From: Desulfuromonadales bacterium
GTDB taxonomy: Bacteria > Desulfobacterota > Desulfuromonadia > Desulfuromonadales > UBA2294
Length of the DNA: 35,603 nt
Direction of reading: 5' to 3'
Assembly: GCA_014859615.1 (NCBI GenBank)
Contig: JACUTX010000002.1
Location: forward strand, 1-35,603
Below the pieces are notes generated by a model, which ran no database searches, had not been told where the DNA came from, and worked only from the letters and a program-made list of their open reading frames with translations. Within the stretch, counting starts at the first letter, position 1, and each line of letters opens with the position of its first letter. Positions 23,358 to 33,746 of this stretch are shown in pieces. The translations under genes were made by a program, and so were the position numbers.

Positions 23358-26300
23358 ATGAAGGTTGTTGTGACATCGCACGATCGTATGTCTGTTCGGG
23401 ACGATTTTGCTGAAAAAGTTGATCAGACCATCGCTTTGTTGAAACAGGCGGATGATAAAGAGCCGCACGATCTTCTGGTTCGTTTTGTCGATCTTCTGGC
23501 CGAAGCGACTCCGAGTCACTACCTGACACAACAGACCCCGCAACAGATTGCTTCCCTGACACGGCAATTTTATAAATTGATCGCATTGCGGTGCACGGAT
23601 GTTGCCGTCCATTGCCTGAAGGTAGAGGAATCGGGCGGTGTTTTTCTTTTATCAAACTCGGCGGATGCCCCCTTTCTGATTCATTCGATCCAGCTCTGCC
23701 TGAATCGACTCCACGTCCATTTCCGGGTTGTAACGCATCCGATCCTCCATTTTGAACGGAAGAAGGGGGAGATTGTTTCGATTAACGATGCGACAGAAAA
23801 CAGTCCGGCTGAATCTTTCATTGTGATTGAACTGGAAGGGCGTGCAGTCGCTGAGTGTGAGGAGGTCAAAGAGAAAGTCAGGGGGGTGATTGAGAAGGTG
23901 CTCAAGGTTGCGGCAGCGCAAAAATTGATTGCTGCGCGTATCGATGCCGTTGCCGCCTTGAATGTCTGCGCGTCATATCGCGATTTTTTTTCCTGGTTAC
24001 AAAACGGCAACATCAATTTGTTTGCCTGCCAGACCGTCAAAATAGATCCGGCTTCTAGCGGCAAGCCGCGCCAGGTAATTTTATTACAGGAGCAATCCGG
24101 GGGGTTGCTCGATCTTTTTCCGGACCAGATCTCCTCGACGCATGATCTTGAAGAGAATCCTTTTCTCAGTGCGATTCTCGACCGGACTGATGCCATAGGG
24201 ATTGAAATTCTCGACAAGAAAAGCCCGATTCTGCGTGATGAACGCCTGATCTATCTCGGTATTCGAGAAACGCTCGCTGACGGGAGTTTGATCGAGCACG
24301 GTTTTATCGGCCTGCAGACCGAACAGGCATTGCTTGAAGCATCGTTTAACGTTTTAGCCCTGCGCCATAAATTTGAGCTGGCTCTCAAGAGACTGCGTAT
24401 TCCCGTCGATTCATACGATTATCGAAAAGTTCTCTCTATTCTCAACGCCTATCCAAAAATTGATCTCTTTTTTATGGATCAGGAGACGCTGGTTCATACG
24501 GTGCGCACTTTTGCCCTGATGCAGCGCCATGGGGCAGTGCGGGTCATTCCCGCCTTTGGTCTGGCGATCCGGGGCTTGACCCTGGTTATTATTATGCCAA
24601 AGCGGTTTTTCACCGATCAGATTCTGCAAAGGATCGAATTTTTCTTCTGCCGATATTTTCTCGTCAGTGATTTGACCACCCGCGTCATCCCTTTGTCTAA
24701 CGATTACCTCACCCTGCATATCAACCTCTTCCCGCAGAGCGAAGAGGTTGTGATCAACATCGATCGGATTGAACGGAGCCTGACGCATATTGCCGAACCG
24801 TGGGATGAAAAACTCCATAAACTGATGGATCGCAGTTACGGGGAGCAGGAGGGCGCAGAGCTCCTGAAGAAATATCATGACGCCTTCAGTCAGGATTATC
24901 AAAATTTGATCCACCCGCGGTTTGCTGTCAGGGATATTCAGAATCTTGAAGAGGTGCTCACTAATGGTGAGGAACGGGTCGATCTCTGGGGGCCGTTTAC
25001 CGGCAAGGTCGATTTTTACCGTCTGCAGTTCTACAGTATCAGGGAGAGTTATCTCAACGATCTGATGCCGTTTCTGGAAAATCTCAATCTTTCGGTTATT
25101 GAGGAGATCGATTTTGAGATTTTGACGGCATCAGGTGTTGTGTATATTAAATCTTTTTCGGTATTGAACCGTGATGATCATGCCCTCAAACTCTCTTCAA
25201 TCCGTGAAAATCTTCTCGAAACACTGCAGGCGTTGCGGCGTCGCAAGGTGGAAAATGACTATCTGAACCGGCTTATGGTGTTGACCGGTCTGACCTGGAA
25301 ACAGATCGATATCTTTCGCGGCTATCGCAACTACTATTTTCAGATCGGTTGCCCCTTTACCAAAAGGAGGGTCGCTTTTTCCCTGATTAATAATCCTCGT
25401 GTCACGTTGCTTCTTTACCGCTATTTTGAGGCGCGTTTCGCGCCGAATCCGAACTGGGCAGATATTCTGGATCGCGAAGAGCACGGAATGATGCCGATTC
25501 GTCTGGAACTGGCCGAACTGCTCGAATCGGTCAGCGATATTAATGAAGATAAAATTCTGCGTACATTTTTTAATCTGATCGATTCTACCGTCCGGACCAA
25601 TTTTTTTCAGCGGCAATTTTCAGACGACTATTTTTTCTCATTCAAAATCAGCGCTCTGGGGATTATCGATATGCCTGCACCCCGGCCACTTTACGAAGTT
25701 GCTGTTCATTCCGCTATGATGGAAGGGATTCATCTGCGCGGTGGTCTGGTCGCTCGTGGCGGTATTCGCTGGTCGGATCGACCGGATGATTACCGAACCG
25801 AAATTCTCGGTCTGATCAAGACGCAGATGACTAAAAATGCCCTGATTGTCCCGGTCGGCTCAAAGGGCGGATTTGTCGTCAAGACCCCTTATACGAGCCG
25901 TGAAGAGGGGGCTGCTTTGTCGAAAGCCGCTTATCAGATTTTGATGCGTGGTCTGCTCGATCTGACCGATAACCGGATCGGCGGGGAGATTGTCCCTGCC
26001 GCCGGTCTGATCACTTATGACGATAGTGACCCGTATCTGGTTGTTGCTGCCGATAAAGGGACGGCGCATCTGCCGGATACGGCCAACGCCGTTTCGGCTG
26101 AATACAACTTTTGGCTCGGTGATGCTTTTGCCAGTGGCGGATCGCAGGGGTATGACCACAAACGGCTCGGCATCACGGCGCGGGGCGCCTGGATCTCTGT
26201 ACAGCGTCATTTCAGGGAGATGGGGATCGATATTCAGACACAGCCGTTTACCGTCGTCGGGATCGGCGATATGAGCGGTGACGTCTTTGGTAACGGGATG

Positions 26301-28130
26301 CTCCTCTCTGATCAGATCCGGTTGCGTGCCGCGTTTGATCATCGGCATATCTTCATCGATCCTGCTCCTGATGCACTTGCCTCATTTCAGGAACGCAAGC
26401 GGTTGTTCGCGCTGCCGCGATCTTCATGGGGCGATTACGACTGCAGTCTGATATCCGAAGGGGGTGGAGTCTGGTCGCGTACTGATAAAGAGATTCCGTT
26501 GTCGGAACCGGTACGCGAATGGCTCGGTGTTCGCCATAAATCTCTCGATGCAAACAGTCTGATTCGCCTGCTTCTGGCGGCTGAAGTCGATTTGCTCTGG
26601 AATGGCGGTATCGGCACTTATATCAAAGCATCGACGGAAACGAATGAAAGTGTTGGCGATCGTACCAATGATCCACTGCGGCTCGATGCAACAGAGATTC
26701 GGGCCAGGGTGATCGGTGAAGGGGGGAACCTCGGTCTGACCCAGCTAGGCCGGATCGAGTATGCACTGGCCGGTGGGCGGATCAATACGGATGCTATCGA
26801 TAATTCTGCCGGGGTCGACTGTTCTGACCATGAAGTCAATCTTAAAATATTGATGCGCCGTTTAATGGAAGCTGGAGTTGTCGCATCGACTGATGAACGT
26901 GATCGTCTGTTATTGAATGTCACGGATGACGTCTGTCATGCCGTACTGGAAAACAACCGGACGCAAACTCTTTGTCTGGCTCTTGATAACTTGCGTTGTC
27001 AGGATGATGTTGCTCCCTTTTTGTTCCTTTCTGAACGGCTGGTTCGTGCCGGTCTGCTTGATCGCCGTGGCGAATTTATTCCGTCGAGTCGCGAAGTGCA
27101 CAGTCGCACACCTGCGTCTCTGGTGCACCCGGAACTCGCCATTCTGCTCGCCTACAGCAAGATGCACCTTTATCAGGCGATGTTGAACAGTCAACTCCCG
27201 GACGAGCCCGGAGCCGTTACCTTTTTGCACAATTATTTCCCCGAAAAGATTCGAGAACAATTTTCCGGTCAACTGCAATCCCACCCGCTGGCGCGTGAAA
27301 TCATCGCGACCTTGATGAATAATATCGTTACCGACCAGACCGGGAGTACATTTGTCGTGTCGGCGGTTGAAAAGACCGGCGCGACCCCGTCTGATGTTGT
27401 TCGCACCTATCTGATATTTGATGCGGCGCTCGATGCTGGCCGCCTGCGCTCGGTCATTACTGCTCTGGATAATAAAATGCCAGCGGATCAACAGTATCGT
27501 CTGCTGCTCCAGCTCGAACAGATTCTCGCAACACTGGTTGTGGGGAGTCTGAGTGAAGGGGGACAGCATCTTTTGAACGATACCTCCATTCAACAGCAGA
27601 GGGTCGCTCTGCAGCAGTATTTTTCTGCGTTGTCAGGCGTTGTCGATCCCCGGGAGTGGCAGCTCTGCACAGAGGAGAGAGAACGGCTCATTGTTGCGGG
27701 TCTGCCGAATGATGAAGCGCGGCTCTTTTCGATTCTCGATTATCTGCATGATTATCTGCCGATCAGCTATCTGATGGAAAAGCACGCTCAGGATGTTTTT
27801 TCTATCAGTCGCACTTATCGCGAAGTCCGTAATATTATCGGTTTGAATACGGTCATGACCGGTCTGATGTCAATGCCGACACGTGATCATTGGGATCGAC
27901 TAGCCCTGCAGACGCTGGTAACTCGTTTTCAGAAAATGTTTCTCAGACTTGTTCAGTTCGTCTGTGGCGAGTCGAACTGTAATCCCGAGAGCTATTTCTC
28001 CGCCCGGCGCGCAGAATTCAAGAAATGGCAAAGTCTGCACGATGAGTTGAGTCACGAAGCACCGATCAACCTGAATCCTTATACTGTTCTGGCCGAACTG
28101 CTCGAATCGATTCTGGAAAAGAGCGATTAA
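23358..28130 (+). CDS. gdhB: Large NAD-specific glutamate dehydrogenase (about 180 kDa Bac_GDH class)
   Basis: 1590-aa ORF. The catalytic core is typical of the giant NAD-GDH family: RGGLVARGGIRWSDRPDDYRTEILGLIKTQMTKNALIVPVGSKGGFV and VVGIGDMSGDVFGNGML. Confidence 0.93.
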   Translation: MKVVVTSHDRMSVRDDFAEKVDQTIALLKQADDKEPHDLLVRFVDLLAEATPSHYLTQQTPQQIASLTRQFYKLIALRCTDVAVHCLKVEESGGVFLLSNSADAPFLIHSIQLCLNRLHVHFRVVTHPILHFERKKGEIVSINDATENSPAESFIVIELEGRAVAECEEVKEKVRGVIEKVLKVAAAQKLIAARIDAVAALNVCASYRDFFSWLQNGNINLFACQTVKIDPASSGKPRQVILLQEQSGGLLDLFPDQISSTHDLEENPFLSAILDRTDAIGIEILDKKSPILRDERLIYLGIRETLADGSLIEHGFIGLQTEQALLEASFNVLALRHKFELALKRLRIPVDSYDYRKVLSILNAYPKIDLFFMDQETLVHTVRTFALMQRHGAVRVIPAFGLAIRGLTLVIIMPKRFFTDQILQRIEFFFCRYFLVSDLTTRVIPLSNDYLTLHINLFPQSEEVVINIDRIERSLTHIAEPWDEKLHKLMDRSYGEQEGAELLKKYHDAFSQDYQNLIHPRFAVRDIQNLEEVLTNGEERVDLWGPFTGKVDFYRLQFYSIRESYLNDLMPFLENLNLSVIEEIDFEILTASGVVYIKSFSVLNRDDHALKLSSIRENLLETLQALRRRKVENDYLNRLMVLTGLTWKQIDIFRGYRNYYFQIGCPFTKRRVAFSLINNPRVTLLLYRYFEARFAPNPNWADILDREEHGMMPIRLELAELLESVSDINEDKILRTFFNLIDSTVRTNFFQRQFSDDYFFSFKISALGIIDMPAPRPLYEVAVHSAMMEGIHLRGGLVARGGIRWSDRPDDYRTEILGLIKTQMTKNALIVPVGSKGGFVVKTPYTSREEGAALSKAAYQILMRGLLDLTDNRIGGEIVPAAGLITYDDSDPYLVVAADKGTAHLPDTANAVSAEYNFWLGDAFASGGSQGYDHKRLGITARGAWISVQRHFREMGIDIQTQPFTVVGIGDMSGDVFGNGMLLSDQIRLRAAFDHRHIFIDPAPDALASFQERKRLFALPRSSWGDYDCSLISEGGGVWSRTDKEIPLSEPVREWLGVRHKSLDANSLIRLLLAAEVDLLWNGGIGTYIKASTETNESVGDRTNDPLRLDATEIRARVIGEGGNLGLTQLGRIEYALAGGRINTDAIDNSAGVDCSDHEVNLKILMRRLMEAGVVASTDERDRLLLNVTDDVCHAVLENNRTQTLCLALDNLRCQDDVAPFLFLSERLVRAGLLDRRGEFIPSSREVHSRTPASLVHPELAILLAYSKMHLYQAMLNSQLPDEPGAVTFLHNYFPEKIREQFSGQLQSHPLAREIIATLMNNIVTDQTGSTFVVSAVEKTGATPSDVVRTYLIFDAALDAGRLRSVITALDNKMPADQQYRLLLQLEQILATLVVGSLSEGGQHLLNDTSIQQQRVALQQYFSALSGVVDPREWQLCTEERERLIVAGLPNDEARLFSILDYLHDYLPISYLMEKHAQDVFSISRTYREVRNIIGLNTVMTGLMSMPTRDHWDRLALQTLVTRFQKMFLRLVQFVCGESNCNPESYFSARRAEFKKWQSLHDELSHEAPINLNPYTVLAELLESILEKSD

Positions 28131-28161
28131 TATTTTTCGATATCGTATAAAGGCTCTGCTT

Positions 28162-28743
28162 ATGAATAAAGTTCGTCTTGGCCCATGTATTACTTTTTTT
28201 CCGCAGCCGACTACCCTGATCAGCTCTGTTGACGCAACAGGTGCAGTGAATATCATGACCGCTTCATGGGCCGGTCTGGTCAGTAAAACCCCTCCGTCAA
28301 TCGGGATTTCTTTGCATCACAAGCGCAAGAGTTATGAAAATATACGCCACAGTGGCGAGTTTGTCGTCAACATGGTTCCGGCGACACTGGCTGTTGAGGC
28401 AGATTATTGCGGTGTACGATCCGGCTACGACGTCGATAAGCTGGCGATCTCAGGTCTGACGACCGGAAGCGCCGATATCGTCTTTGCTCCGCTGCTGAAC
28501 GAATCCCCCCTCAATCTCGAATGTCGACTGACCCTGGAGGTTCCGCTCGGTGATTACCGCCTGCTTATCGCCGAAATTCTTGAGGTGCATATCGATGCAG
28601 CGGCACAACGTCAGGACGGCGGACTTGATGCGACCGTCTTTAATCCGCTGGTCTATCTCGGTGGTCTCCGCGAATACTGGAGTCTCGGGGAGAAAAAAGG
28701 ACAAGCATACAAAGACGGACTCGCTCTGGAACCGCAGAAGTGA
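28162..28743 (+). CDS. Flavin reductase-like FMN-binding domain protein
   Basis: 193 aa. PQPTTLISSVDATGAVNIMTASWAGLVSKTPPSIGISL is typical of the Flavin_Reduct split-barrel family. Confidence 0.82.
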   Translation: MNKVRLGPCITFFPQPTTLISSVDATGAVNIMTASWAGLVSKTPPSIGISLHHKRKSYENIRHSGEFVVNMVPATLAVEADYCGVRSGYDVDKLAISGLTTGSADIVFAPLLNESPLNLECRLTLEVPLGDYRLLIAEILEVHIDAAAQRQDGGLDATVFNPLVYLGGLREYWSLGEKKGQAYKDGLALEPQK

Positions 28744-28752
28744 CAAAATTCA

Positions 28753-28781
28753 TGGACAGGTCGACCCCTCTATGCTATAGA
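28753..28781 (+). promoter_or_regulatory. Candidate extended -10 sigma-70 promoter of the pan operon
   Basis: TGGACA (28753-28758), 17-nt spacer, TATAGA (28776-28781) preceded by TGC (extended -10 TGn). This would give a leader of roughly 235 nt before panB. Confidence 0.35.
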
Positions 28782-28789
28782 ATCAGCAC

Positions 28790-29024
28790 ATTATAAACTC
28801 CTGTTTTATGGATCGGCACTGATCGGCCGGATCCGCGCAAAAGCGGGGTTGAACACTTTATATCGACCGGATCGTTAAGACCGGGACGAAAGGCGATAGC
28901 AGCCAGGAATAGAACTGGTAAAAAAGCTTCTATTCTCTACGCCTTTTGGATCTGTTCCGGGAGGTTTTTTTGTTGACCTCGAATTGCCAAGGGTGACGGA
29001 TAACCGCTCTTTAAGAGAGAGAAT
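28790..29024 (+). promoter_or_regulatory. Structured 5' leader upstream of panB (candidate cis-regulatory RNA)
   Basis: Several hairpins: 28810-28834 (8 bp with one bulge), 28907-28914 paired with 28928-28935 (GAATAGAA/TTCTATTC), and a weak stem followed by T7 at 28965-28971. A motif CGRCCGGATC recurs 40 nt apart (28824 and 28864). Confidence 0.35.
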
Positions 29025-29831
29025 ATGACCATTAAAAGAAAAACCGTTCTCGATATTCTACAGCTGAAAAAGTCCGGTGAGAAGATCACTGTTTTGACCT
29101 CTTACGATTATCCGTTTGCCCGGCTGGTCGATGCTGCAGGGATCGATATCATTCTGGTCGGCGATTCGGTCGGCTCGGTCGTTTCCGGTTACGATACCAC
29201 TCTGCCGGTAACCATGGACGAAATGATCTACCACACAAAGGCGGTTGTTCGCGGTTCGGAGCAGGCCCTGATTGTCGCCGATATGCCGTTTCTCTCTTAT
29301 CAGATCGATCAACGCGATGCCCGCCTCAACGCCGGCCGCCTGATCAAGGAAGGGGGGGCACAGGCGGTCAAGCTGGAAGGTGGAATCAATGTAGCGGCGA
29401 CCATCAGAACCATCGTTGATATGGACATCCCGGTGATGGGGCATATCGGTCTGACACCACAGTCGATTCATCGGATGGGTGGCTACAAGGTTCAGGGGCG
29501 GGAGGAGGCGCAGGCTTGCCAGCTGCTGGCTGACGCCAGAGCCGTGGAGGAGGCGGGTGCCTTTGCTATGGTTCTCGAAGGGATTCCGGCGGGTCTGGCT
29601 GCACAGGTGACAGCCTCGGTCGCGATTCCGACAATCGGTATCGGTGCCGGGATCGATTGTGACGGTCAGGTCCTGGTCATTCACGACATCCTCGGTCTCT
29701 GTGAAAAATACGCGCCCAAGTTTGTGAAGAAATATGCCGATGTTTCCGGCATCATCAAGGACGGTATCGGTGAATATATTCATGAAGTCAAGTCGGGCCT
29801 CTTCCCCTCTGATGAACAGAGTTTCAAATAA
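29025..29831 (+). CDS. panB: 3-methyl-2-oxobutanoate hydroxymethyltransferase
   Basis: Canonical PanB sequence: [45 protein letters not shown]. Confidence 0.95.
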   Translation: MTIKRKTVLDILQLKKSGEKITVLTSYDYPFARLVDAAGIDIILVGDSVGSVVSGYDTTLPVTMDEMIYHTKAVVRGSEQALIVADMPFLSYQIDQRDARLNAGRLIKEGGAQAVKLEGGINVAATIRTIVDMDIPVMGHIGLTPQSIHRMGGYKVQGREEAQACQLLADARAVEEAGAFAMVLEGIPAGLAAQVTASVAIPTIGIGAGIDCDGQVLVIHDILGLCEKYAPKFVKKYADVSGIIKDGIGEYIHEVKSGLFPSDEQSFK

Positions 29832-29837
29832 TCAGTG

Positions 29838-30680
29838 ATGGAAATTCTCCACGATACGATGGCCATGCAGCAACGCACTCTGGCTTTGCGTGCTGCCGGA
29901 AAGACGATCAGTTTTGTTCCGACTATGGGCTATCTGCATGCCGGACATCTCTCTTTACTGCGCGAAGGACGCGCGCGGGGTGATGTTCTGGTCCTCTCTA
30001 TTTTTGTCAATCCGACCCAGTTTGGTCCGAACGAAGATCTCGACAGTTATCCCCGAGACATGGAGAACGACCTCGCTCTGGCCCGATCCGCCGGGGTTGA
30101 TCTGGTCTGGGCGCCGCTACCGAAACAGGTCTACCCTGAGGGGTATGCCACCTATGTCGATGTGGAACGGTTGACCGATCTTCTGTGTGGTGCGAGCCGC
30201 CCCGGACATTTTCGCGGGGTCACGACGATCGTCTGCAAACTGTTTAATGTTGTCCAGCCGCAGGTTGCGCTGTTTGGTCAGAAAGATTTTCAGCAACTCA
30301 CCGTCATCCGGCGGATGGTCACGGATCTGAATATACCGGTTGAGATTGCCGGCATGCCGATCGTTCGTGAGGCCGACGGACTGGCGATGAGCTCGCGCAA
30401 TGTCTATCTGTCGACAGAACAGCGGCGGCAGGCTCTCGTTCTTTCCCAGTCGATTATGACGGCGCAGAGACTCGCGCGGTCAGGGGAATGCGATAGCTCT
30501 GCAATTCTGGCCGTCTTGCGGCAGAAGATCGAAGCCGAGTCGGAAGCGAGGATCGACTATCTGCAGATCTGCCATCAGCTCACCCTTGAAGATCAAAAGC
30601 GGGTCGATGCCGATTCGGTTCTGTTGCTGGCGGTTTTTATCGGTAAGACTCGCTTGATCGATAACAGTTTTCTGCTCTAA
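29838..30680 (+). CDS. panC: Pantoate-beta-alanine ligase
   Basis: VPTMGYLHAGHLSL (HIGH-like motif), SIFVNPTQFGPNEDL, FGQKDFQQ, SSRN. ATG 29838, whereas the track uses GTG 29835. Confidence 0.95.
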   Translation: MEILHDTMAMQQRTLALRAAGKTISFVPTMGYLHAGHLSLLREGRARGDVLVLSIFVNPTQFGPNEDLDSYPRDMENDLALARSAGVDLVWAPLPKQVYPEGYATYVDVERLTDLLCGASRPGHFRGVTTIVCKLFNVVQPQVALFGQKDFQQLTVIRRMVTDLNIPVEIAGMPIVREADGLAMSSRNVYLSTEQRRQALVLSQSIMTAQRLARSGECDSSAILAVLRQKIEAESEARIDYLQICHQLTLEDQKRVDADSVLLLAVFIGKTRLIDNSFLL

Positions 30681-30729
30681 GCAAGGAGTGCCCGCTTCTT
30701 TTGTCCCTCTTGCAGATTGCGATGAGACA

Positions 30730-32433
30730 ATGCCTAAAAACAGAGAGATAGCCCGCGCGAATCTGGAAAACCTCTACCGGATTTTCACGGTTCCCGAAGC
30801 GCCGGATTCAACCCTCGGTGCTATTGATCAGGCGATATTCGGTGATGTCACCGGTTTTTTGCAGACGCATATTGTCGCCATCGAACGGAATATCGAAGAG
30901 ATTGAGGCCGATTTCTCCTGCACCTCTATCCCCGAAGATCCGACCTACGTCTCCGAATATACGGAGTTCGTCAAAGAAAAACTGGTCGCTCAGTCGGTGC
31001 ATACCGCTGCTCCCGGTTTTGTCGGCCACATGACCTCGGCTTTGCCGTATTTTATGCTGCCGCTCTCCCGGATCATGACGGCCCTTAATCAAAATCTGGT
31101 CAAGGTCGAAACATCGAAAGCGTTTACACCGATGGAGCGACAGGTTCTCGCCATGCTGCACCGTCTCGTCTATCAGGGTACGGACTCTTTTTATCAAAAA
31201 TGGGTTCACGACAGTTCCAATGCCCTCGGTGCGTTCTGCTCTGGCGGAACGATCGCCAATGTTACGGCGTTATGGGTTGCCCGCAATCGTCTCTGTGCTC
31301 CGGATGGCGATTTCAAGGGGATTGCCAAAGAAGGTCTGGTTCGATCGTTGCGGCACCTTAATTGCGACGGTCTGGCTATTCTGGTCTCAAGTCGCGGTCA
31401 CTATTCTCTCGGCAAGGCGGCTGATCTTCTCGGGATCGGGCGTGATAATCTGGTGCTGGTTGAAACCGATACCAAAAACCGGATCGAGATGGAACAGCTG
31501 CGCCAGGCGTGCCGCCGTCTGCATGATAAAAATATCCGTCCTCTGGCGCTGGTCGGTATCGCCGGCACCACCGAGACCGGCAATGTCGATCCGTTGGAAG
31601 AGATGGCCGATTATGCCACTGAGATCGGCGCACATTTTCATGTCGATGCCGCCTGGGGCGGCCCAACACTCTTTTCTGATCGTCATCGCCATCTCCTCAA
31701 AGGGATTGAACGGGCTGATTCGGTCACTATCGATGCCCACAAACAGCTCTATGTACCGATGGGGGCGGGGATGGTCGTCTTCAAGGATCCAACAGCTCTG
31801 TCGGCGATCGAGCATCATGCCGCCTACATACTCCGGTATGGATCGAAAGATCTCGGCAGTCACACCCTCGAAGGGTCCCGGTCGGGACAATCGATGCTGG
31901 TGCATGCCGGCCTGTCGATTATCGGCCGCAAAGGGTATGAGCTGTTGATCGATATGGGGATCGAGCGGGCCCGAAAATTTGCCGAGATGGTTCGTCAGCA
32001 TCCCGACTTTCAGCTGACCAGCGAGCCGGAGCTCAATATTCTCACCTATCGCTTTTGTCCGGCAGCCGTGCAAAATTTCCTCCACATGGCGACTGCACAA
32101 CAGCTTTGTCGAATTAATACGCTCCTCAATGAGATCAATCAGCTGCTGCAGAAAAATCAACGTGAGGCGGGGAAAACCTTTGTATCCAGAACCCGGCTGC
32201 GGATTCCGCCGACGGGACGAAAGATGATCACTGTTTTACGTGTGGTGCTGGCGAATCCGCTGACCACGGAACAGATATTGACTGAAGTTTTGGAGGAACA
32301 GACCGCCCTTGTGCAACAGCCGGATATTGCCTCTCTCGTGTACGGACTGAAGTCCATTTGCTCTGAAATTAAATCTGATGAGAGATCCGTACCGGTTGCC
32401 GATCCTTTTGACTCAGCAGCGCAAAAATCGTAA
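30730..32433 (+). CDS. Group II pyridoxal phosphate-dependent amino-acid decarboxylase (likely aspartate 1-decarboxylase by context)
   Basis: Fold type I decarboxylase with PLP-lysine motif SVTIDAHKQLYVPMGAGMVVF and a GGTIANVTAL segment. It lies directly downstream of panBC. Start is uncertain: ATG 30730 (MPKNREI) or GTG 30688, which is the track start. Confidence 0.82.
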   Translation: MPKNREIARANLENLYRIFTVPEAPDSTLGAIDQAIFGDVTGFLQTHIVAIERNIEEIEADFSCTSIPEDPTYVSEYTEFVKEKLVAQSVHTAAPGFVGHMTSALPYFMLPLSRIMTALNQNLVKVETSKAFTPMERQVLAMLHRLVYQGTDSFYQKWVHDSSNALGAFCSGGTIANVTALWVARNRLCAPDGDFKGIAKEGLVRSLRHLNCDGLAILVSSRGHYSLGKAADLLGIGRDNLVLVETDTKNRIEMEQLRQACRRLHDKNIRPLALVGIAGTTETGNVDPLEEMADYATEIGAHFHVDAAWGGPTLFSDRHRHLLKGIERADSVTIDAHKQLYVPMGAGMVVFKDPTALSAIEHHAAYILRYGSKDLGSHTLEGSRSGQSMLVHAGLSIIGRKGYELLIDMGIERARKFAEMVRQHPDFQLTSEPELNILTYRFCPAAVQNFLHMATAQQLCRINTLLNEINQLLQKNQREAGKTFVSRTRLRIPPTGRKMITVLRVVLANPLTTEQILTEVLEEQTALVQQPDIASLVYGLKSICSEIKSDERSVPVADPFDSAAQKS

Positions 32434-32456
32434 TTCAGGTCAGGTTTTTTTAATCG

Positions 32457-33728
32457 ATGAATGAGACTCTTTACGCTGCCGCCTTTGTTCTGCCGATGAC
32501 AGCAGCACCGATCATTGATGGTGCGATCCATGTGCGTGACGGCCGCATCATCGCTGTCGGGACGCGTGCAACCCTCTGTTCTGCCACCCCTTTGGTTGAA
32601 CTGGTCGATTTTGGCGCGGCGATTCTGATGCCGCCTCTGGTCAATGCTCATACTCATCTTGAGTTAACCGATTTTAAAAAATGGCGAAGCGCTGCAACAA
32701 CCGAATCGATCCCTCCGGAAGATTTTGCCGAATGGATTCTGCAGGTTATCCGGATCAAGCGTGAGCGAAGTCATGACGATTTTTGCACCTCGCTGAAAAA
32801 CGGTCTCAGAGAGTCACTCGCCAGCGGCGTCGGTGTGATCGTCGATATCCTCTCTCTGCCGGAATTAGCAGACTGTTACGATGGTACACCACTGCTCGGA
32901 CGGATCGATTTGGAGCTGATCGGCCGTGACCCCAAATTTGTGCAACCGCTCCTGAAACGAGCAGAGAAGTGGCTGGCCGGGCGCACTCCGGATGGATTCG
33001 ATCGGGGGCTCTCCCCGCATGCGCCCTACACGGTCTCGGCAGAGATCCTCTCTGAAATCGTCAATTTTGCCGAAGCGCGACGAGTCGCGTTTTCGATCCA
33101 TACCGCCGAATCGGCCGCCGAAGTGCAACTGCTGCAGCAGTCGCAGGGTGTTCTGGCGGAAAAACTCTATCCAGCCGTCAGCTGGTTACCCCCTGATCCG
33201 CCGTTGCAGATCACTCCGGTCGATTACCTGCATCGCAGCGGTGCGATGCGAAGCTCCACTCTACTGATTCATGCTGTGCATCTGACGCCTGATGAGATCG
33301 GCCGGATCGGCCGGACCGGAAGCACGGTCGTCCTCTGTCCGCGCTCAAATGAACAGCTCGGCACCGGGGTTGCGCCGGTGGAGCAATTTATCTGTCGTGG
33401 AGTTCGTCTCGCCCTCGGCACCGATAGCCTCGCCAGCAATGATTCCCTCTCTATCTGGGCCGAAATGGAGGCTGCGCAGCGGATCTACGCCGGTCTTCTT
33501 TCACCGGCTCAGATTGTTGCCATGGCGACAATCAACGGCGCTGATGCCATCGGTCTGGCTGGTGAAATCGGTGCATTGCAGCCAGGCTCCGGCGCTCACT
33601 TTCTGGTTCTTCAGCCCGAAACCCTCCCGGCCGCTTGCGACCTCGCCGCATTTCTATGTCAAAGCGATCGGCAGCAACAGATCACGCATCACTTTCTGCA
33701 CGGTATTGATCTCCTTTTTGAGGCGTAA
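32457..33728 (+). CDS. Metal-dependent amidohydrolase family protein (deaminase/chlorohydrolase-like)
   Basis: HxH metal motif in LVNAHTHLELT. Later HAVHL and GTDS motifs typical of the amidohydrolase_1 superfamily. Substrate cannot be assigned from sequence alone. Confidence 0.82.
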   Translation: MNETLYAAAFVLPMTAAPIIDGAIHVRDGRIIAVGTRATLCSATPLVELVDFGAAILMPPLVNAHTHLELTDFKKWRSAATTESIPPEDFAEWILQVIRIKRERSHDDFCTSLKNGLRESLASGVGVIVDILSLPELADCYDGTPLLGRIDLELIGRDPKFVQPLLKRAEKWLAGRTPDGFDRGLSPHAPYTVSAEILSEIVNFAEARRVAFSIHTAESAAEVQLLQQSQGVLAEKLYPAVSWLPPDPPLQITPVDYLHRSGAMRSSTLLIHAVHLTPDEIGRIGRTGSTVVLCPRSNEQLGTGVAPVEQFICRGVRLALGTDSLASNDSLSIWAEMEAAQRIYAGLLSPAQIVAMATINGADAIGLAGEIGALQPGSGAHFLVLQPETLPAACDLAAFLCQSDRQQQITHHFLHGIDLLFEA

Positions 33729-33746
33729 TTCAGGTATACTCAAGCC

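Noticed and set aside
31220-31948. 242-aa plus-strand ORF in an alternative frame inside the decarboxylase gene
   Set aside because: It is an out-of-frame overlap with a gene that has clear PLP-decarboxylase motifs. The translation is Arg/Ser/Trp-rich with no domain signature.
18643-32160. Other long minus-strand ORFs: 18643-19251, 20010-20777, 22303-22872, 26910-27593, 29058-29783 and 31387-32160
   Set aside because: For five of the six (I did not check 22303-22872) I confirmed the same codon-aligned antisense frame opposite a confidently identified plus-strand gene (phoH-like, tsaD, gdh, panB, decarboxylase). All six overlap such a gene, have no SD and give no domain-like sequence. They are shadow ORFs.
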